Shown piece after piece: positions 58,639 through 64,000 of a stretch of 64,000 bases of DNA. The position numbers were made by a program, and so were the translations under genes. The notes beneath the pieces are model-generated. The model searched no databases, was not told where the DNA came from, and saw nothing but the letters and a program-made list of their open reading frames with translations. The stretch lies in assembly GCA_043228905.1 (NCBI GenBank), contig JBHGNT010000017.1, forward strand, positions 5,456,001 through 5,520,000, in the 5' to 3' direction. Numbering within the stretch: the stretch's first letter is position 1; each line of letters opens with the position of its first letter. The DNA comes from Azolla caroliniana. Its lineage: Eukaryota > Plantae > Polypodiophyta.

Positions 58639-61600
58639 ATGGTAACCATCCGAAACAGCGCGCTCCCTCCAGGTGCTCGCCCCGCTCTTCTCCTCCTCCT
58701 GCTCCTCGTCTGCTCCGTGGATCTAGGACTCTCTGCCGACGTCGATATCACGGAAGATGCAGACGATGCTTTTGATGAAGGATTCGATGAGTCTATTTCT
58801 TCCAACACGACAACAGCGTCATCGTTAGTATCCGCTCCTCCCCCCAAAGAAGGTAGCATTGCTGATATGATTGATCGTGCTCTCGAGAAGGAGTTCTCCG
58901 AGAAAGAGCAACATGGAGGTATGCTCATTTTCCATTAGTATGAGACGCTGATAACTATTTTTAATAACCATTCTTGGATAGATAGACAGATAGATAGATT
59001 ATTCTGAATATGGAGGTCAAATATGAAAGATGATGACAACAATGATTTTTGAATGCCCTTGAGAGGCAAGACCGCGATATATATGTTTTATTATTACCCA
59101 TGGAGGTCAGATATGACCTAAATGAACATTTTCTGTATGTGGAGTTGATAAGTGACTCTTGATGTTCAAGAACTCTGCGAATGAACATATGTTTTATTAT
59201 CATCACTGGAGGTCAAATATGACCTAAATGACCAAAGTGAAAGATTTTTACAGTGTTTACGTTGAATTGATAAGTTACTCTTCATGTTCAAGATTTTTAC
59301 CAGCAAATACTGAAATTGAGAGTGTACATTGTTATTGTGAGAGAAATGTGTATAAGGATAGGTCAAAGTTGAAGATATGGTGAAAGTAAGCTTGAATGCG
59401 ATCAAAGTTGGAGGATTGCAATGTATATAGGTAGATAGGGTGTATGTATGTACACACAAGTCATTTTGTAAGAGGTCAAAATAGCCGATGAGACTGAATG
59501 AGAGATTATGTTCTCTAAACATTGTCTCATCTTTGAGAACATCAATCCAAAATAAATATTTCTAAATTTGTAGAACTGCCCAAGGTGCCAGAAAAATCTT
59601 GTTATCTAAGCACTAGCATTTGAGCTTAGATAGATAGAATATGTCCAACATGGACCGATCCTTGATGGAGAGGTCTTTGGAGCGAGGGAAACATCTTCAA
59701 TGTGAGCTGACAGTCGCCTTGATTTGTCGATAACAAAGGTAATAGGGCCGTGAGCATATGCAAGATTCCTGATCTATTGTAACCTCTTTTGAATGTAGTT
59801 GTTGAGACATTACTTGTGTGGCCCTTGATTGACTTTTCAAATGAGGAGTGATGGAGCTAAAGAAAGGCATGATGGTGCTTTGCAGATAAGGTTTTTTGGT
59901 TGTTTTCTTGTCTTCCAACAATGACATTCTTGGTCTGATGCGTTTTTTGTTTTCTAGCAAGAATACTCCCAAACATCTGTGGGTTTCATTTTCCATATCA
60001 TTATGGAGTGAGTCAAAGACTTGGTTGAAGAGGTAGTGGTATTTCCCATGTATTTCATAAAAGTTGATGCCATGGCATACATAATCTCCTCCGATTCCAC
60101 AATTGGCAGATTTGTTCTTCCATATGTTTGCTTGCATACCTGACAATCTCAATTTGTAACTGTTGTGAATGGGCTTTGAGCTGCCCTATTTCACTATGGA
60201 GTGCATGAATTAGATGTGTATCCATGGAAGAGGGCCTGATTATAAATCCATAACTTGATGTGTGTAAGAAGTGGGCTTCATAGTAGCCCATCCTCCTACA
60301 ATTAGGCATTGTGGGGCTAATCCAAGTTCTTTCATTGTCCAATATTAATGATATGAATTTGGATCACTTTATTTTTTTCCACATTGGCTATGTCTATGTG
60401 TGGATGGTCTAAGTTATGTAGGAGTGGGGGTGCATTTTATATTTATGCCATATGGTTGGAATAGTTCTTGCATTTCAGCATACTATAAGGACTATGTCCA
60501 TGTTCTTCCAATTGTTTTGATGACACAGATGCCAATCTCGAGTAACATTGCTATGGGAGCTCACAAATCTGTTGAATAGTCTAGCACTAGCATGGCTTCT
60601 TTATCTCCCTCCAAGTTATATCATGGAGCACCAGTGCTTTGCTCCTTATGATGTGGGAAATCATTGGAACTGAAAGTTTTTCACAATCTCTCAAGTTATG
60701 CAATGTAAGAAGGCTTACTTGCCAAGTTTTTCCCCATAGAGAAGCGTTGGTGCTACATGTGTATCAAACTACCACAAATTTGTTTGTGGCTCTTGGAATT
60801 GTATCTGCGGACATTGTGTTTCCAGGACACCCATGGCTTCATACCCACAAGAAAGTTATTGTCCAATATGGATTCTGGTTTTGATTTTGTTACCCAATCT
60901 TGAAGTGGTGTTAAACACCGTCACTTTAGTTTTAAGGAGAAGGAGAGGAAGAAGAGAAGGAGAGGGTCACACACTAGAGGTGCAAAGATAATGATGTATA
61001 TGTATGGAACTATTTCTCGCTTTTGCATTGTGTAAATTTATGGCTCCTGGCTGCTTTTCCTGTTTGAAGAAACATTGGCCTTCATTCGGGGATTCTTGGG
61101 GTGAAGTCTATAGTGCCATAGCTATGTGAATGCACATTAATCTATATTGTCCTGTAATATATATACAAGAGAATAATACAACACCAAAGCTGCAAATACA
61201 CTTCACCGTAACATTACCAACATACCCAAATGGAAATGGCTTATGGTACTCTTTAATATTCTATACAAACTATAAACCATTCTACATCTTTGTAATCACA
61301 GGCTCGTTTTCCCAGTCTACTGAATTTTCCTTAAGTCTTCTTAGTGATCTTGTTGTGTGAGAGTTAGTCTAAGATCTTTGCATTTTTGCATATGGTATTA
61401 GAGCAGGTTTAGGGTACTTTCTCTATCCTATTCTTGTGACTATTTACACGCCAAATCGGTTTTTCGGTTTTGGAGATACGACAGTCCCAAACCGTAACTC
61501 CACAGAAACTGCAGCAATCAGTTTTCAGAGACAAGTTGGGTGGTACTAACTATCCTATGTGGGCATGCATGATGAGGCATGTATTGGCTGCAAAGCAGGT

Positions 61601-63747
61601 ATGGGACATTGTCCTCAGATCTGATGAACATCCAACTTCAAGTTCTTCTTCAAAGTCTCCCTCCCCTTCAGGAACAGCTGACTCAAATAATACTTCAAAT
61701 TCGTTTTTCCTAATCTATTGATTTCCGTAAGTCCTCCAAGTGATCTTGCTGTATGAGAGTTAGTCTAAGGTCCCTGCACTTTTTACACAAACTTGATCAG
61801 GTTAGCATTTGTTTTGAGTAGGTATGCTTCCAATTTCTTAGTTCGTAGCATAATTTGTATGTATTCAATCAGCAGCAGTCTCATGTCTGTTATTTTGTAT
61901 AGGCACCGAAGGAAATGGTAGTAACTTTAATAGCAGCGTATCAGAACAACAGGTATAGGACTTCTAATCCTGAATAAAGAATACCTTCCTGGTGTTTCTG
62001 CATGCAGAATACTTAGAATTTAAATATTTGTCAAATTTTGAAAATACAAAATGTACAGTTTAATCGTTTTTGCTTTGTGAAGGTTATTATAACCTTTTAT
62101 AATAATCATTCAGAGGACAATGGCTGCTCTAAGCTTTTAATGTCTAGTTCAAACAATCTTGTAAACTAAACCCAAATCGTAAGAAAAGTTCTGAAGTACA
62201 AGTCTGTGTGCTGTGATGATTCAGTGAGTTATTTTTTTCTTCTTTTTGCTTCTGATACTCTGAATCTATTGAAAATATAAAATATATATCGCATGAGATA
62301 TTCCTTGGAAGTTTCAGGTTTCTCTCACAAATGTTATATTAACCTTTATATAATAATCAGTAAACATCCAGTTCAGACAATCTTGAAAAACTCTAAACAT
62401 TTGAAAAAATCACCAAGTATACAACTATTGTGTGCTTTGGATGATTCAGTTCGAGTGTTGTTTCACATTTTTCATTTTATAGTGTGTATTGGAACTGCTT
62501 TTTAAGAGGTGAATGTGTTAGATCTAATACCCAACTTCCCTCTTTTTTGGCTTTTGTTAGGCTGTCTTGGAAACAGTTGCTAGGGTCAGTCATGAGAAAC
62601 CAAAAAAAAATGATACAACCTCAGAAAAGTAAGACCTCAGGCTGCATATTCGTTCCAAGAATGAATAATGTCATAAGTAATATGTCGCTTTGAAGTGATT
62701 GCAAGATGTAACTACCATAAATTACATCTTTCTAACTATTTTGTGGATTGAAAATGGTGGAAGTTTTGTTTGAATGTGTTAAGAGTGCAGCTTATAAATG
62801 CCATTTTAAAAGCTCCACTGTTACAGTGGAACAACAAATCAATTTCAACAAATTCAGGATATCTTACGAGGTGATGCTGATAATGGGGCTGAAGAATTAC
62901 CAACACTCATTGATAAGAAGGTTAGGCACCTTCTGAAATAGGTAAAATTTTGAGCTCTAACGTTGCAAATTGTTCATGATATTTTATTTAATTTCTAATA
63001 CCTGTAGAGGAAAAATTATTTTATTCTTTTATCTGGAAGAATTACGGGGGCTACATTCATAGAACCTTTTTATGTGTTTTGTGGTGATGAATTCTAATTA
63101 TTTCAGGATAATATTTTCATCATTTCGAACAGAAAGTCCAAATACCCCATTTTGCAATTGGACTTAAGGTATTTTGAATAATTTCAGTCAAAGTTATAAC
63201 TACATGATTACATGCTAGTGTTTATATAAGTGAATTGGCTTTAATCTGTAAATTTAACATCAAGCTCATAAGGTTTTGTTGCTATTTTTTTTTCTTGAAG
63301 CCAAAACTTATTATTTTTCAGGTTCATTTCTGACATGGTGGTGGTAATAGTGTCAGCAGCAATTGGTGGAATCATATTTGCATGCCTTGGCCAGCCGGTT
63401 TGTATCTGCATATAATGAATTCTAAATTGTTTCATCAGAGAAGCCATTCACATTTCTGGTATTCTCATGATGACTAGTCTGCAAAATGTTTTTAGGTTCA
63501 TTTTAATTTCAATAATGGCATATCAGGTTATCACTGGCTATTTACTAGCTGGATCAGCTATTGGGCCCGGTGGTGCCAGCTTTGTCAGTGAGCTAGTTCA
63601 AGTAAGTGGAATTCTGCATATGCAGCTCATTGTCTTTTAATGATCGATTGACTGTGAGGCTTTTCTGTTTGCCAGGTCGAGACTGTTGCGCAATTTGGTG
63701 TTGTTTTCCTTCTTTTTGCATTGGGTCTTGAGTTTTCAACAAGCAAG
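58639..63747 (+). CDS. KEA5: K+ efflux antiporter, KEA4/5/6 clade (KEA5-like); first 8 exons, gene continues beyond the window
   Basis: Exons 58639-58918 (signal peptide; EGSIADMIDRALEKEF), 61903-61952, 62561-62628 (AVLETVARVSHEK), 62827-62920 (PTLIDKK), 63107-63168 (DNIFIISNRKSKYPILQLDLR), 63322-63397, 63527-63601 (VITGYLLAGSAIGPGG), 63676-63747 (VETVAQFGVVFLLFALGLEFS). GT-AG introns, phases consistent; (GAA)n in the 5' UTR. Confidence 0.92.
59600..60920 (-). mobile_element. RTE-like LINE remnant in KEA intron 1
   Basis: rc IGQLKAHSQQLQIE..EEQICQL..FYEIHGKYHYLF..RCLGVFLLE resembles the RTE-clade C-terminus; homologous to 37497-37960. Confidence 0.7.
61125..61787 (+). mobile_element. Small deleted Copia remnant in KEA intron 1
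   Basis: PBS TGGTATTAGAGC 61393-61404; gag-like DKLGGTNYPMWACMMRHVL; LTR 3' part repeated at ~61305-61390 and ~61703-61787. Confidence 0.7.
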
Positions 63748-64000
63748 GTCTCTCTTTCTTTCTTGTTTTTCTTTCATTGAGGAGGTACCACATAAGCTTA
63801 TGCTCTGATATCTTTCTCATATTCCAGCAGTCACATTGGCCTTTGATATGCACTATCTGTTTACTCTTTTTATTGTGTTGCATTGTACGAAATGTTGTAT
63901 TATGATATCAGATTTTTGTAGTTCTGCTTTGGCTCTAGATAGAATTAATTTAAGTTTTTGTTCGTTTGTCAGATTTAGCTATTTGAATGTTTGTTTTCAT

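Noticed and set aside
58995-59295. Degenerate local duplications in introns (also ~35325-35550 and ~62100-62460)
   Set aside because: Ordinary 2-3 copy slippage duplications with no further structure.

Overview
Land-plant nuclear DNA (spliceosomal genes with long TE-filled introns; a non-seed plant is plausible but the species cannot be determined). Bases 1 to ~31 kb are a nest of at least 8 LTR retrotransposons. An old Copia (Z) holds an internally deleted Copia (A, 1696-30498, TSD CATAT). A holds an intact, very young Tnt1/Tork-like Copia (D, 2024-7535, apparently identical 698-bp LTRs, TSD AGTAC) and members of a tRNA-Trp-primed Ty3/Gypsy family (B, F, and E inside B). B also holds a non-chromovirus-like Gypsy (C) with a long extra ORF after pol, plus two Copia remnants (G, H). 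From ~33 kb the window is genic: a UBP6/UBP7 (USP14-type) pseudogene whose last exon is amplified into an 8-copy ~219-bp tandem array, an apparently intact GT31 beta-1,3-galactosyltransferase, and the 5' part of a KEA4/5/6-clade K+ efflux antiporter, with LINE and solo-LTR remnants between. Most notable: (i) the Trp-primed Gypsy family has a conserved -1 frameshift signal (G GAU UUU, 6-nt spacer, stem) between protease and RT, and 4-bp CpG-centred target sites; (ii) every unit of the UBP6 terminal-exon array carries an overlapping acceptor/donor CAG|GTGAGT, a possible recursive-splicing ratchet; (iii) CCGG is strongly over-represented across unrelated retroelements. All calls were made by eye, with no database searches.
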